A stretch of 39,278 nt of DNA from positions 1-39,278 of the forward strand of contig JBLIRN010000002.1 in the NCBI GenBank assembly GCA_049472315.1, given 5' to 3'. Numbering within the stretch: the stretch's first letter is position 1; each line of letters starts with the position of its first letter. Under the pieces are notes generated by a model that was not told the origin of the DNA, did no database searches, and worked only from the letters and a program-made list of their open reading frames with translations. Positions 24,684-34,205 of this stretch are shown piece after piece. The position numbers and the translations under genes were made by a program. This DNA is from a bacterium (GTDB taxonomy: Bacteria; SZUA-182; DTGQ01; JAFGSM01).

Positions 24684-27428
24684 ATGGCAAAAAAGGTAAA
24701 GGTTAAAGAGATTTCCCCGGAAGAGCTTTCTCAGGCCATTGAGCAGCATGTTGTTTCGCTGGAGAACCTGCTGGAGGAATCCAAACAGGAAGAGATGCAC
24801 TTTCAGGACCTGCTGGAGGAGATGAGGGCCCAGACGGAGGAATTTTCTCACAACAGCGAGCTCCTGGTCAGGGTGGAAAAGCGTCTTGAAACACTCAAGT
24901 TTACCGCTGAAATGACTGAGGAAAATATTGCGAAGATATTGGATTTCAAAGGGGAAATCGACGAACTCCGCACCCAGACAGAGGGTGTGCGCCAATTTAC
25001 ACAGGAATTTGAGGAGCGCATTGCCGTGGTGATGCAGGAGAGGGATCGACTGGAGGAACTGTCGCGCACGGTGGAGCAGCTCAATGTGCCTTTCGAGGAT
25101 ATGACCCGCAGCATCCAGGAACAGTTTTCGCGCAGTGAGGCCCTCGAAAAGAGTCTCAAGTCAATTGACGCGAAGCGAGCGGCAATCGAGAAGTCCCTGG
25201 CGAACCTCGATGAAATGGGCGCAACGATCAAGGCGCGGTCGGAGGAGGTGACGCGGCTTTCCGCACGGCGTGACGGCGTCATCGAGAACCTGGAGGACCT
25301 TGAAGGCAGGATAAAGGGCTTTGCCAAAAATCTCGATGCGGTGGAAGAGCGCTTTGCCTCGATCGAAAAGAACCGGCATGTGTACGAGATCACCAAACAG
25401 AAGATCGAGAGCCTGAATTCCATGGCTGAATATATCAAATCAAAGCTTCAGAGCCTCTCACAGCAGCGCATCATCGTTGAAAAGGCAAATGAAGAGGCGG
25501 GGAAGCTGAATGTCCTTTTCTGGGACATGGAGGCCAAGATCAACAAGCTGTCCGAAGAGAACAAGCTGATCAAAAAGGCCGACCGAAACATCGTCCGCGT
25601 GGAGGAACGACTGAGGGACCTTGATCAAAAGATGTCCCGGGTCGAACGTGCAGAGGAACATCTCCAGGGGATTACCGCAAGGATGGAGGAGTTAAAGGAG
25701 AAATCGGATGATCTGGACAAGCGTTCCAGGTCCCTCTCCCACTATTCGGATCTCCTCGAATCCTTTGCGGACAGGATTCATTCCCTGGAGGACGAGGCGA
25801 ATAAACTCGAATCGAAGGAGATGGCATTCTCCTCCCTTACCACCGGGCTCAACCATATGGAGGAGCGCTCCAGGCAGTTCACCGAGACCCTGAATGGCAT
25901 CAAGGACGAGGTCGAGGCGGTCAAGCGGCATGCCGATCGTATAGGGGATGCAAAGGAGGGCTTTCAGAAGATCGAACTGCTTGCGGAGGGTGCCAACAAG
26001 CGGATGGAAGAGCTGGTGGCGAGGGATGCAAAGCTCCTTGATATCCAAGACAGGATGGACAATCTGGGGGGGACGATCTCGAATATAGGAAGACGGATCG
26101 ACGAATTTCTCTCCCAGGTACCTCACATCGTCGAGGTTGAAGAAAAGATAGGGCGCCTCCGGGACCTGTCGTCCGAGCTTGACAGGAAGGAAGAAGCGGT
26201 GGTCAAGAGGGCTGAGGACCTGCAGCATGCCCAGGAGGGGATGCAGAAACTTGAGTTTCTCTCACAGGCCATCGAGGGGAGGATCGCCTCCCTGACCGAT
26301 CAGATGCAGATCATCGAAAAACTGGAGGCGAAGTTTGACGGGCTCAGCGGGATGGCCGCGCAGGTCCATAATTACTCCCAGGAGTTTCTCACCACGCGCC
26401 AGGAAATCGAGCAGGCCACGGAGCAGGTCCGCCACCTGGAGATGATCATGGATGAGGTTCGAAAGAGGGAAAAAGATGCCCTCAAACATCGTGGTGATCT
26501 CGATTCGATACGGGAGGATCTGTTCGGAACCCAGGCCACGCTTGCAAAACAGAGGGAGGCCCTTGAATCGTTCGACCAGAAGGTTGCCACTTTCAGCGGG
26601 ATGGGCGACAAGGTACAGGAAGAAATCAGGGCGGTGGAAGGGCGACTCGCGCTCACCGAACAAACCCTTTCCACGATCGATGAGCGACGCACCACCATGG
26701 AGGATATCCTTGAGGCGAAGCTGGTCCGGTTCCACGACATGAACGAGGATGTGGATCAAAAGGTGAAAAAGGTGCGCGAGGCATCCCGGGAGATAGAACA
26801 CTTTGACAAGAAGATGAACGAGTTGAAGATCATTGCCGAGCAGATGGAGGAGAGGACCCAGGCGATTGCCGAAAGGCATGAGGAGATCATTTCCATAGAG
26901 CAGAAGACAAAGCAGTTTTCCGGCATGGTGGTGCAGTTGAACGCACAAATGGAAAGCTGCATGAAGGAGAACAAGGCACTCGAAAAGATGAGGAAGGATC
27001 TGGACGGGCTCAAAAGGCTCCAGGGTGAAACCGCTTCCCAACTCAAGGCGGTGAGGGACGAAGACGAAAACCTGAAACGGATGAAGGCGGATATGAAGGA
27101 GCTCAAAGGGCTTATCAATGATCTCAACCAGAAGACCAAGGGGATTGTTAAATATGCCCAGCTCATCAGCGAGTCCGACGAGAAATTGAAGGCCATCGAC
27201 CTCTTGTCAGAGGATGTAGGGGTGAAGCTCGAAAACCTCAAGGCCCAGGAAAAGACTATAGAACAGGCAACGCAAAAGGCGGATCGCCTGCAGTTCTCGA
27301 TTGCCGAAGCGGAGGCACGCATCAAGGAGCTTTCGACACGCACCGATATGGCAAACCAGGCAGAAAAGAGGCTGAGCAGCCTCATTGCACATAAGGGTGT
27401 TGACAAGAATCTGGAAGAAGCCCTCTAA
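24684..27428 (+). CDS. Long all-coiled-coil hypothetical protein (914 aa)
   Basis: E/K/L/R-rich heptads throughout, almost no Pro, no TM helix, no Walker A; AAGGAG RBS. Confidence 0.85.
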   Translation: MAKKVKVKEISPEELSQAIEQHVVSLENLLEESKQEEMHFQDLLEEMRAQTEEFSHNSELLVRVEKRLETLKFTAEMTEENIAKILDFKGEIDELRTQTEGVRQFTQEFEERIAVVMQERDRLEELSRTVEQLNVPFEDMTRSIQEQFSRSEALEKSLKSIDAKRAAIEKSLANLDEMGATIKARSEEVTRLSARRDGVIENLEDLEGRIKGFAKNLDAVEERFASIEKNRHVYEITKQKIESLNSMAEYIKSKLQSLSQQRIIVEKANEEAGKLNVLFWDMEAKINKLSEENKLIKKADRNIVRVEERLRDLDQKMSRVERAEEHLQGITARMEELKEKSDDLDKRSRSLSHYSDLLESFADRIHSLEDEANKLESKEMAFSSLTTGLNHMEERSRQFTETLNGIKDEVEAVKRHADRIGDAKEGFQKIELLAEGANKRMEELVARDAKLLDIQDRMDNLGGTISNIGRRIDEFLSQVPHIVEVEEKIGRLRDLSSELDRKEEAVVKRAEDLQHAQEGMQKLEFLSQAIEGRIASLTDQMQIIEKLEAKFDGLSGMAAQVHNYSQEFLTTRQEIEQATEQVRHLEMIMDEVRKREKDALKHRGDLDSIREDLFGTQATLAKQREALESFDQKVATFSGMGDKVQEEIRAVEGRLALTEQTLSTIDERRTTMEDILEAKLVRFHDMNEDVDQKVKKVREASREIEHFDKKMNELKIIAEQMEERTQAIAERHEEIISIEQKTKQFSGMVVQLNAQMESCMKENKALEKMRKDLDGLKRLQGETASQLKAVRDEDENLKRMKADMKELKGLINDLNQKTKGIVKYAQLISESDEKLKAIDLLSEDVGVKLENLKAQEKTIEQATQKADRLQFSIAEAEARIKELSTRTDMANQAEKRLSSLIAHKGVDKNLEEAL

Positions 27429-27458
27429 TCTCCACAAGGGGGCATGAAATCGTGAGAT

Positions 27459-29039
27459 ATGTTTTTTCGTGAGTACCCTGAGAAGGAGCCGGGCCGTTAT
27501 TGCCTTCATTGCTGGATACCGGTAAGTGAAGGGCGGTCCTTGAAATTTCGCTGCAAGACCTTTTGCAGTTGGAGGTGCCTCTGGCAATACCACTGGTGTG
27601 TTATCCAGATCACCCTTCTGCACAGGGCACGAAAGGCACGGGTGCTCTTTCATCGAAAGAAGGGATGGTCCGCGGGGCTCCTCGCAGGCTCGGTGCTTTC
27701 ACTTTTCCTCACCATCATGTTTGGTATCCTGTTCAACCCCTTTACAAATCGGCCTGAACTACCCCCTGTTACCGAGGCGACCGTTGAGATACCGCTCGGG
27801 CTGAGGTATCCCTTTTCGCTTCAGATGCCGCTTTTGTCCCTTCAAAGCGACCGGGGTATGCCCCGGGAGTCCCCTGCAATTGAGGAGGCGCGGGTCAGGG
27901 AAATCAAGGAGAGGATCAAGATCTCCCTCATACGGGAATATCCCCCCGGCCCTCAAAGAACAGTGGGCATATCGGGCCAGGCTCCTGAGGGGTCGATATG
28001 CGCACTGTACTTGAATGACTCACTGTATGAGGCAACCACCTGTGCGAACGGCACCTTTTTTTTCCCGAGGATTGCCCTTAGATCAGGCAAGAACTTCATC
28101 GAGGTCCTTACCCATGATCTGGAGGGGTATGTCATCCCCTCCAATAAGGTGGAACTGTATGTGGGTTCCAATCGCCACATCACCGAGCGAGGCATCAACA
28201 TTACCCGGGGAGAGATTGAAAGGCCGCTGTTTTGTCTGACATTTGACGGAGGCGCCTCCGCATCGTGCGCCCCTGAGATTCTGGCCACATTGAGGGAATT
28301 TGATGTGCCGTGCACCTTCTTTCTGACCGGGGATTTCATCAGGAATCACTCCGATCTGGTGAAAATGATGGTTGAGGAGGGGCATGAGATCGGAAACCAC
28401 ACCGACACCCACCCCCACTTCGCCCGTCTCACCCCGCAGATGCGGTTCGAAACCCTCCCCTGGGTTAGCAAGGATTTTGTCCAAAGCCAGATCAAGCGGG
28501 CGGAGAAGGCATTCTTCGAGATAACCGGGCAGCGGATGGCCCCATTTTGGCGGGCGCCTTACGGGGAGCATAATCTCCAGATACTGGAATGGGCCGAGGA
28601 AATCGGGTATACCCATGTCTCTTGGACCTGCGGCCGGGTCTATGAGGAGAGCCTCGATACCCTCGACTGGGTATATAACCGTGAATCACCCATCTATTAT
28701 TCCGCCGAAGAGATCAGGGACAAGATCATCCATTTCGGCGAGGGAAGCCCCGAGGAGGCAAACGGGGGGATCGTGTTGATGCACCTCGCCACTTCAAGGC
28801 CCCTGGAGGACAGGATACATCGCCAGCTTCCGGGTATCATTGAAGGGCTTAGAAAGAGGGGGTATACTCTTTCCACGATCGGGGATCTCCTGGACCATTC
28901 CGGAGAATCAATGGTTGCCGGCGCGGACAAGGATGCGGAATCCTTCAATAATCCATGGATATCGAAAAAAAGGGAAAAGAGGGCCACCAAGACCCTAAGA
29001 AGGCGGGTGACCCCCCGATCATCCAGTGGAGGGACATAA
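27459..29039 (+). CDS. Polysaccharide (peptidoglycan) deacetylase, NodB/CE4 family, with N-terminal Cys-rich motif, TM helix and Ig-like domain
   Basis: LTFDGG, CTFFLTG, GHEIGNHTDTHPH, FWRAPYGE, GGIVLMHL; N-terminal CLHC..FCSWRC. Confidence 0.85.
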   Translation: MFFREYPEKEPGRYCLHCWIPVSEGRSLKFRCKTFCSWRCLWQYHWCVIQITLLHRARKARVLFHRKKGWSAGLLAGSVLSLFLTIMFGILFNPFTNRPELPPVTEATVEIPLGLRYPFSLQMPLLSLQSDRGMPRESPAIEEARVREIKERIKISLIREYPPGPQRTVGISGQAPEGSICALYLNDSLYEATTCANGTFFFPRIALRSGKNFIEVLTHDLEGYVIPSNKVELYVGSNRHITERGINITRGEIERPLFCLTFDGGASASCAPEILATLREFDVPCTFFLTGDFIRNHSDLVKMMVEEGHEIGNHTDTHPHFARLTPQMRFETLPWVSKDFVQSQIKRAEKAFFEITGQRMAPFWRAPYGEHNLQILEWAEEIGYTHVSWTCGRVYEESLDTLDWVYNRESPIYYSAEEIRDKIIHFGEGSPEEANGGIVLMHLATSRPLEDRIHRQLPGIIEGLRKRGYTLSTIGDLLDHSGESMVAGADKDAESFNNPWISKKREKRATKTLRRRVTPRSSSGGT

Positions 29040-29048
29040 ACATCCGTC

Positions 29049-29480
29049 ATGCCGAGGGAAGAGGGTGTAGTCGTCAGGATCGTGCCGGATGGTGCGATCG
29101 TTTGCGTGAAAAGGAGTGACGCCTGTCATGGCTGTCCATCTTCGCAGCTCTGCCACATGGGCACTAGCGGTGAACGACAGGTGGTGGCCAAAAATCCGGT
29201 CGGCGCCCGTGAGGGACAGCGCGTAGAGATCGAGGTGGAGGACGGACTCCTTGTCCGAGCCTCGTTCATTGCCTATATACTCCCCGTTGCTGCCCTCATC
29301 ATAGGCGCCCTGTTCGGGCGATGGGCAATTCATTCACTCGGCATACCCTGGAGCGAGGATACCGGCGCCGTTGTGGGCGGATTGACGTGCATGGCGGCCG
29401 TATTCCTGCTCATCAAGGTAAAGGGCATGAGTCGTCGTGCCATGGAAAAATATCAGCCTACCATCATTAAAACCAAATAA
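29049..29480 (+). CDS. rseC: RseC/MucC family protein
   Basis: EEGVVV..RSDACHGCPSSQLC..NPVGAREGQRVEI..IAYILP; 2 TM helices. Confidence 0.85.
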   Translation: MPREEGVVVRIVPDGAIVCVKRSDACHGCPSSQLCHMGTSGERQVVAKNPVGAREGQRVEIEVEDGLLVRASFIAYILPVAALIIGALFGRWAIHSLGIPWSEDTGAVVGGLTCMAAVFLLIKVKGMSRRAMEKYQPTIIKTK

Positions 29481-29492
29481 AGGGAGGGATCT

Positions 29493-30524
29493 ATGCGCAT
29501 TGGATTATTGACCGGTGGAGGGGATTGCCCGGGTTTGAACGCCGTCATCAGGGCCATCGTGCGTAAGGGAGTCGATACGTACGATGATGAATTCATGGGA
29601 ATCCGGCATGGATGGGCAGGGCTCATCGAGAATATCATGGCCCCCCTGGGAAAGGATCAGATCTCGGGTATCCTGCCGCGCGGGGGGACCATTCTGGGGA
29701 CCTCGCGGACCAATCCCTACAAGGTGCAGGAAGGCGTCAAGAAGATTTTAAACACCATGAAGACGCAGACGCTGGATGCACTCATCGCCATAGGGGGAGA
29801 GGATACCCTGGGCGTGGCCAATAAGCTCCACAAGGAGGGGATGTCGGTGGTGGGGGTGCCCAAGACCATTGACAACGACCTTTCGGGTACCGACTACACC
29901 TTCGGATTCGACACGGCAACCCAGATCGTTACCGAGGCCATAGACCGGCTGCACACCACCGCGGAGTCGCACAACAGGGTCATGGTGGTGGAGGTCATGG
30001 GACGCCATTCCGGATGGATCGCCACCGTAGGGGGGATTGCAGGGGGTGCGGACTGCATTCTTATCCCTGAGATCCCCTTCAGCATCGATGAACTCGTGGA
30101 GTTGATAAAAAAGCGCCAGGCCCGCGGAAGGGCCTATACCATCATCGTGGTCGCGGAGGGGGCGAAACCCAAGGAACAGGACGCGTTCATGACCCAGGAC
30201 CAGTCGCTTGACGCCTTCGGTCACGTGCGCCTGGGCGGCATAGGGGAATTCCTGGCAAAGGTGATCGAGGAGAAGACCGGTGCGGAAACGAGGATGACCA
30301 ATCTCGGGCACGTTCAGCGCGGGGGCACCCCCACCGCATATGACCGGGTGCTTGGAACGCGCTATGGCATTCGGGCCATCGATATGGTTCACGAGGGGAA
30401 ATTCGGACGCATGGCCGCCCTCCAGGGGAGCAGGATTGTTGATATCCCCCTTGCGGATGCGGTTGGTGCGCTCAAGACCGTGGACATGGATCTGTATGAC
30501 GTAGCACGGGTGTTTTTTGGGTAG
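29493..30524 (+). CDS. pfkA: 6-phosphofructokinase, group III, probably PPi-dependent
   Basis: LTGGGDCPGLNAVIRA, GGTILGTSR, IGGEDT, PKTIDND, VEVMGRHSGWIA, LGHVQRGG. Confidence 0.95.
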   Translation: MRIGLLTGGGDCPGLNAVIRAIVRKGVDTYDDEFMGIRHGWAGLIENIMAPLGKDQISGILPRGGTILGTSRTNPYKVQEGVKKILNTMKTQTLDALIAIGGEDTLGVANKLHKEGMSVVGVPKTIDNDLSGTDYTFGFDTATQIVTEAIDRLHTTAESHNRVMVVEVMGRHSGWIATVGGIAGGADCILIPEIPFSIDELVELIKKRQARGRAYTIIVVAEGAKPKEQDAFMTQDQSLDAFGHVRLGGIGEFLAKVIEEKTGAETRMTNLGHVQRGGTPTAYDRVLGTRYGIRAIDMVHEGKFGRMAALQGSRIVDIPLADAVGALKTVDMDLYDVARVFFG

Positions 30525-30939
30525 ACCGTATCGAAGGATAGACACCACCGCCGATGTGGGTATTGAGTCGCGGGGGGCCACCGTAGAGGATGCCTTTTCG
30601 AACATGGCAAAGGGGCTTTTCAGCCTCATATGCCCGCTGTCCCGCATACGCAGGCGTGTGCATCGTACGGTGGAGGTGCACGCCCCTTCACAAGAGGATC
30701 TCCTTGTTGCATGGCTGAATGAGTTGATTTTCATCCATGAAACAGCGAATATGCTGTTTCGTTCCTTCACCTTCACTGCATTTGAGGAGGAATATCTCAA
30801 GGCGACGTGCCTGGGTGAGCCTATTGATCCCGAGCGGCATATGCTCAGGACGGAGGTAAAGGCTGCCACCTATCACCGGCTGTCCCTGGGACGTGATGAA
30901 AGCGGGCAGTGGTGTGCACGGGTGATCATTGATGTGTGA
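30517..30939 (+). CDS. Archease
   Basis: YRRIDTTADVGIESRG..LLVAWLNELIF..TEVKAATYHRL..VIIDV; directly upstream of rtcB. Confidence 0.9.
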   Translation: MGRPYRRIDTTADVGIESRGATVEDAFSNMAKGLFSLICPLSRIRRRVHRTVEVHAPSQEDLLVAWLNELIFIHETANMLFRSFTFTAFEEEYLKATCLGEPIDPERHMLRTEVKAATYHRLSLGRDESGQWCARVIIDV

Positions 30940-31046
30940 TCCGGGCATTCCGCACTGCTCGTAGATTTCTCCTGGTGTGCGTTGCGCCGGAGGGGTTGAG
31001 CGTCTTGAAGCGACCTGCATCCGGTGAAAACCAACGAGGTGTATTC

Positions 31047-32498
31047 ATGACCATCCCCATTGAAAAGACAGGGCCGTATCGGTACATGATCCCCAAGACC
31101 TATCAGCCGGGGATGAGGGTCCCGGGGATATTTTACGCAAACGAGGTGCTGCTTCAGAGCATACAGAAGGATGAATCCCTTCAGCAACTCGCCAATGCAG
31201 CCACCCTGCCCGGGATCGTCAAGGCGTCCCTGGCCATGCCTGATATGCACTACGGCTATGGACTTCCCATAGGCGGGGTGGTGGCTACGAGGATCGACGA
31301 AGGGGTGGTCTCTCCAGGGGGGGTTGGTTTCGATATAAACTGCGGGGTGCGTATTATGCGCACCGGTCTTTTCCGGAAGGACCTTGAGCCGAGGGCACGA
31401 TTGGAAAAGGCAGTGGAGGCGCTCTACAGGCATGTGCCCGCAGGGGTCGGATCCAGGAGCACATTACGGCTTCAGGGAAGGGAGGAGAAGGACCTCCTCA
31501 GAAAGGGGTCCGCCTGGGCCGTCGGCCGGGGATTTGGGAGTCAAGAGGACCTGCGCTTTACGGAGGCGGGGGGCCGACTGGAGGGCGCCGATCCCGATCT
31601 GGTGAGCAATAAGGCATATGAGCGGGGCAGGCATCAGCAGGGCACCCTCGGATCGGGGAATCACTTCGTCGAGATTCAGTATGTTGCGGAGATCTATGAT
31701 CAGGAGGCTGCCGGGTGTTTCGGCCTCGCCCCCGGTCAGATCACCGTTATGATCCATTCCGGCTCACGCGGTTTCGGCCATCAGGTGTGCACGGATTTTA
31801 TCGAGGGCATGGGCAGGGCCGCTCAGAAATACGGCATCCATCTTCCTGACCGGCAATTGGCATGCGCACCGGTCAGCTCCCCGGAGGGGCAACGCTACCT
31901 CGGTGCCATGCGATGTGCCGCCAACTATGCATGGGCAAATCGGCAATGCCTCATGCATTGGACGGAAGAGGCCCTCTGCGAGGGATTGCATATCTCCCCC
32001 AGGGAGTTGGGTATGCATCTGATCTATGACGTTGCCCATAACATCGTGAAGGTCGAACGACATCGGGTGGAAGGACGGGACATGGAACTGGCGGTGCATC
32101 GCAAGGGGGCGACCAGGGCATTCCCTCCGGGGCATCCGGAACTTCCACATGAATACCGGGCGGTAGGCCAGCCCGTTCTCATCCCGGGTGACATGGGGAC
32201 CGCATCGTACATTCTCAAGGGAACGAGCACTGCCATGGATGAGACCTTCGGCAGCACCTGCCATGGCGCGGGGAGGGCCTTGAGCCGCAAGGCGGCCATG
32301 AGGGCCTCGAAGGGGAGGTCAATAGCCCGCGAGCTCAGGGAGAAGGGGATTGTGGTGCTTGCAGCGGGCAAAGAGACCTTGCGGGAGGAGATGCCCGAGG
32401 CCTATAAGGAGATATCCGAGGTGGTGGGGGTCATGCACGAGGCGGGCATTGCACTCAAGGTTGCCCAATGCAGGCCCCTCGGAGTGATCAAGGGGTAA
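31047..32498 (+). CDS. rtcB: RNA-splicing ligase RtcB (archaeal/eukaryotic-like type)
   Basis: MPDMHYGYGLPIGGV, GVGFDINCG, GTLGSGNHFVEIQ, HSGSRGFGHQV, HRKGATRAF, STCHGAGR, EEMPEAYK. Start ATG 31047 after GAGGTG. Confidence 0.96.
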   Translation: MTIPIEKTGPYRYMIPKTYQPGMRVPGIFYANEVLLQSIQKDESLQQLANAATLPGIVKASLAMPDMHYGYGLPIGGVVATRIDEGVVSPGGVGFDINCGVRIMRTGLFRKDLEPRARLEKAVEALYRHVPAGVGSRSTLRLQGREEKDLLRKGSAWAVGRGFGSQEDLRFTEAGGRLEGADPDLVSNKAYERGRHQQGTLGSGNHFVEIQYVAEIYDQEAAGCFGLAPGQITVMIHSGSRGFGHQVCTDFIEGMGRAAQKYGIHLPDRQLACAPVSSPEGQRYLGAMRCAANYAWANRQCLMHWTEEALCEGLHISPRELGMHLIYDVAHNIVKVERHRVEGRDMELAVHRKGATRAFPPGHPELPHEYRAVGQPVLIPGDMGTASYILKGTSTAMDETFGSTCHGAGRALSRKAAMRASKGRSIARELREKGIVVLAAGKETLREEMPEAYKEISEVVGVMHEAGIALKVAQCRPLGVIKG

Positions 32499-32501
32499 GA
32501 T

Positions 32502-33737
32502 TCATGACTGATCAAGAAGATTCCAGAATTCCTCAGGGCCGAGTTTGTCAAGATCAATACCCTCGATCTTCGTTTTCCTTAAGGTAAAGCCCCCCGCGTC
32601 AACCCAGGTGAGCCCGGTCCCGTTCCGTTTCAATCCCTTGATATGTATGGTGATCTCCGTATACATCTCGTTTTCCATGAGGGCCTGGAGAAGGGTGAGG
32701 AAGAAGAGACGATCCGCCTTGGAGAGCGATAGGGGGACCGTCTCCACGGACAAGGGGAAGAGGGTGTCAATGGAAATCCTGCGGGCGGATATGGCGAGCC
32801 CCAGCCGCCAACCCTCGGGCAGCGGCTCGATCGTTACGTCCTTTTCCCCAAAAAACAGGGAGAAGGAGGGATACCACCCTGCATCTCTGTATGCGCCGTT
32901 CTCCTTTTTCTTCTGATCATAGTAACTGATAAGCTTTTCGGACAGGTTGAGGACCTCCTCCTTCCACGCGGCGAGGTTCTGATTCCTCTCCGGGTCGTAC
33001 ACACAGGTGTTCCTCACCCATCCCTCCACCTTCTCATCGGATTCCTTGATATAGACCCAGTCACCCTCCTCCAGGAATACCCCCGCCTCCCGGTCCATTT
33101 TGAGCACGCCGAGGGAGGGATAGTCCCCACTGGGGCCGGCCCTTACGTGCATGTCATCGCAATTGACGATCACGCGCCGCAGTTCAGTGCGGGCGGATTC
33201 CGCATGCAGGGGGACAATGGCGCATGAGGAGGCAATCACCCAGCCTTCCTTTCCATCGGTGGTCTTGCAGCGAAACCATTCATTCCTTTCCTCGAGGCCG
33301 ATCAGGATGTCATTTTTACGTGCCGATCCGATCCACTGCGAGCCGCCGTCCGGTTCTCGGCGGATATTCACGGCGGCCATGGTCACCTTCAGGGTGAGAA
33401 GGGGGCCACTTCCTTCTCGTGCGCTCTCCTCATGTGCGCGCTCGTTGCCCCAGGTATCATCGATCGATTCGATCTCGATCCAGCCCTCCGTATTGTTGGG
33501 ATCGTGCACCTTGAGCCATTTTCCCTGCTTTTCCAGCACCTCCAGCCGCGTCCCTTTGCCGGCAGTCCCTGTCTGGGGCGCATCAACGGACGGGGTTTCG
33601 TGGAGCGTGGCGCTCGTTATACCGACGCATACCTGATCTGCCTCCCCTGATAAAGGACACGCGAGGACAATGTGGAGAACAATCAGTGCTGCAATCATCG
33701 GAATCATGATGATTCCTGACCTGTCCCTCGGTTTCAT
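32502..33737 (-). CDS. Secreted/periplasmic protein with three bacterial SH3 domains
   Basis: Signal-like IAALIVLHIVLA, then three units such as VNIRREPD..WFRCKT..GKEGWV. Start ATG 33737 with GGAGG 7 nt upstream. Confidence 0.8.
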   Translation of the reverse strand: MKPRDRSGIIMIPMIAALIVLHIVLACPLSGEADQVCVGITSATLHETPSVDAPQTGTAGKGTRLEVLEKQGKWLKVHDPNNTEGWIEIESIDDTWGNERAHEESAREGSGPLLTLKVTMAAVNIRREPDGGSQWIGSARKNDILIGLEERNEWFRCKTTDGKEGWVIASSCAIVPLHAESARTELRRVIVNCDDMHVRAGPSGDYPSLGVLKMDREAGVFLEEGDWVYIKESDEKVEGWVRNTCVYDPERNQNLAAWKEEVLNLSEKLISYYDQKKKENGAYRDAGWYPSFSLFFGEKDVTIEPLPEGWRLGLAISARRISIDTLFPLSVETVPLSLSKADRLFFLTLLQALMENEMYTEITIHIKGLKRNGTGLTWVDAGGFTLRKTKIEGIDLDKLGPEEFWNLLDQS

Positions 33738-33840
33738 GGCATGCCTCCCATGCTTCGCAAGGTTTTTGCCGTCATTGAACATATGCGTATGACTAACCCC
33801 TAAGGATAGTACAAATGGTATCGCAAGGCAACACCAGGCA

Positions 33841-34035
33841 CAAAGCTTGCCATGCGGAGCGAAGCGACGCATTATACAGCCCATCCGGCTGCCGAAAGGG
33901 CCACGACTCAAAGCATCAAAGCTTGCCATGCGGAGCGAAGCGAAGCATTATACAGCCCTTCCGGCTACCGAAAGGGCCGCGACTCAACACATCAAACCTT
34001 GCCAGGCGAAGCGAAGCGGAGCACTATGTTGCCCT
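33841..34035. repeat. Intergenic tandem repeat, 76-bp unit x about 2.6, each unit with two hairpins (REP-like)
   Basis: Units start at 33841, 33917 and 33993 (CAAAGCTTGCCATGCGGAGCGAAGCGA.GCATTATACAGCCC.TCCGGCT.CCGAAAGGGCC.CGACTCAA..CAT); the third is degenerate. Confidence 0.9.
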
Positions 34036-34156
34036 CTGAGCCACCTGTAAGGCCCGCTTCAGGAAACGTCCAGCCTCCCTATATCGCTCCGCAAAAAATG
34101 CCTGCCCACTAGAATGCACTATCAAAATTGGAATTGCCGCACCATGGGCAGGTGCC

Positions 34157-34185
34157 TTGACAAGGCGGCGGATTGCTGTGATAAT
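34157..34185 (+). promoter_or_regulatory. Sigma70 promoter (TTGACA-17-TGnGATAAT)
   Basis: TTGACA 34157-34162, TG 34177-34178, GATAAT 34180-34185. Confidence 0.6.
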
Positions 34186-34205
34186 TCAATATTACGGTAC
34201 GTATA

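Noticed and set aside
24684..27428. SMC/SbcC chromosome protein
   Set aside because: No Walker A/B, ABC signature or hinge/zinc-hook motif.
29748..30869. 373-aa minus-strand ORF
   Set aside because: Antisense to pfkA and archease; no motifs or RBS.
33738..33929. 64-aa N-terminal extension of the SH3 protein given by the ORF track
   Set aside because: It runs through the tandem repeat. ATG 33737 has a GGAGG RBS and is followed by a signal-like segment.
33841..34035. CRISPR array or integron attC sites
   Set aside because: Units are similar along their whole length with no unique spacers, there are no cas or integrase genes, and no RYYYAAC/GTTRRRY core pair flanks the units.
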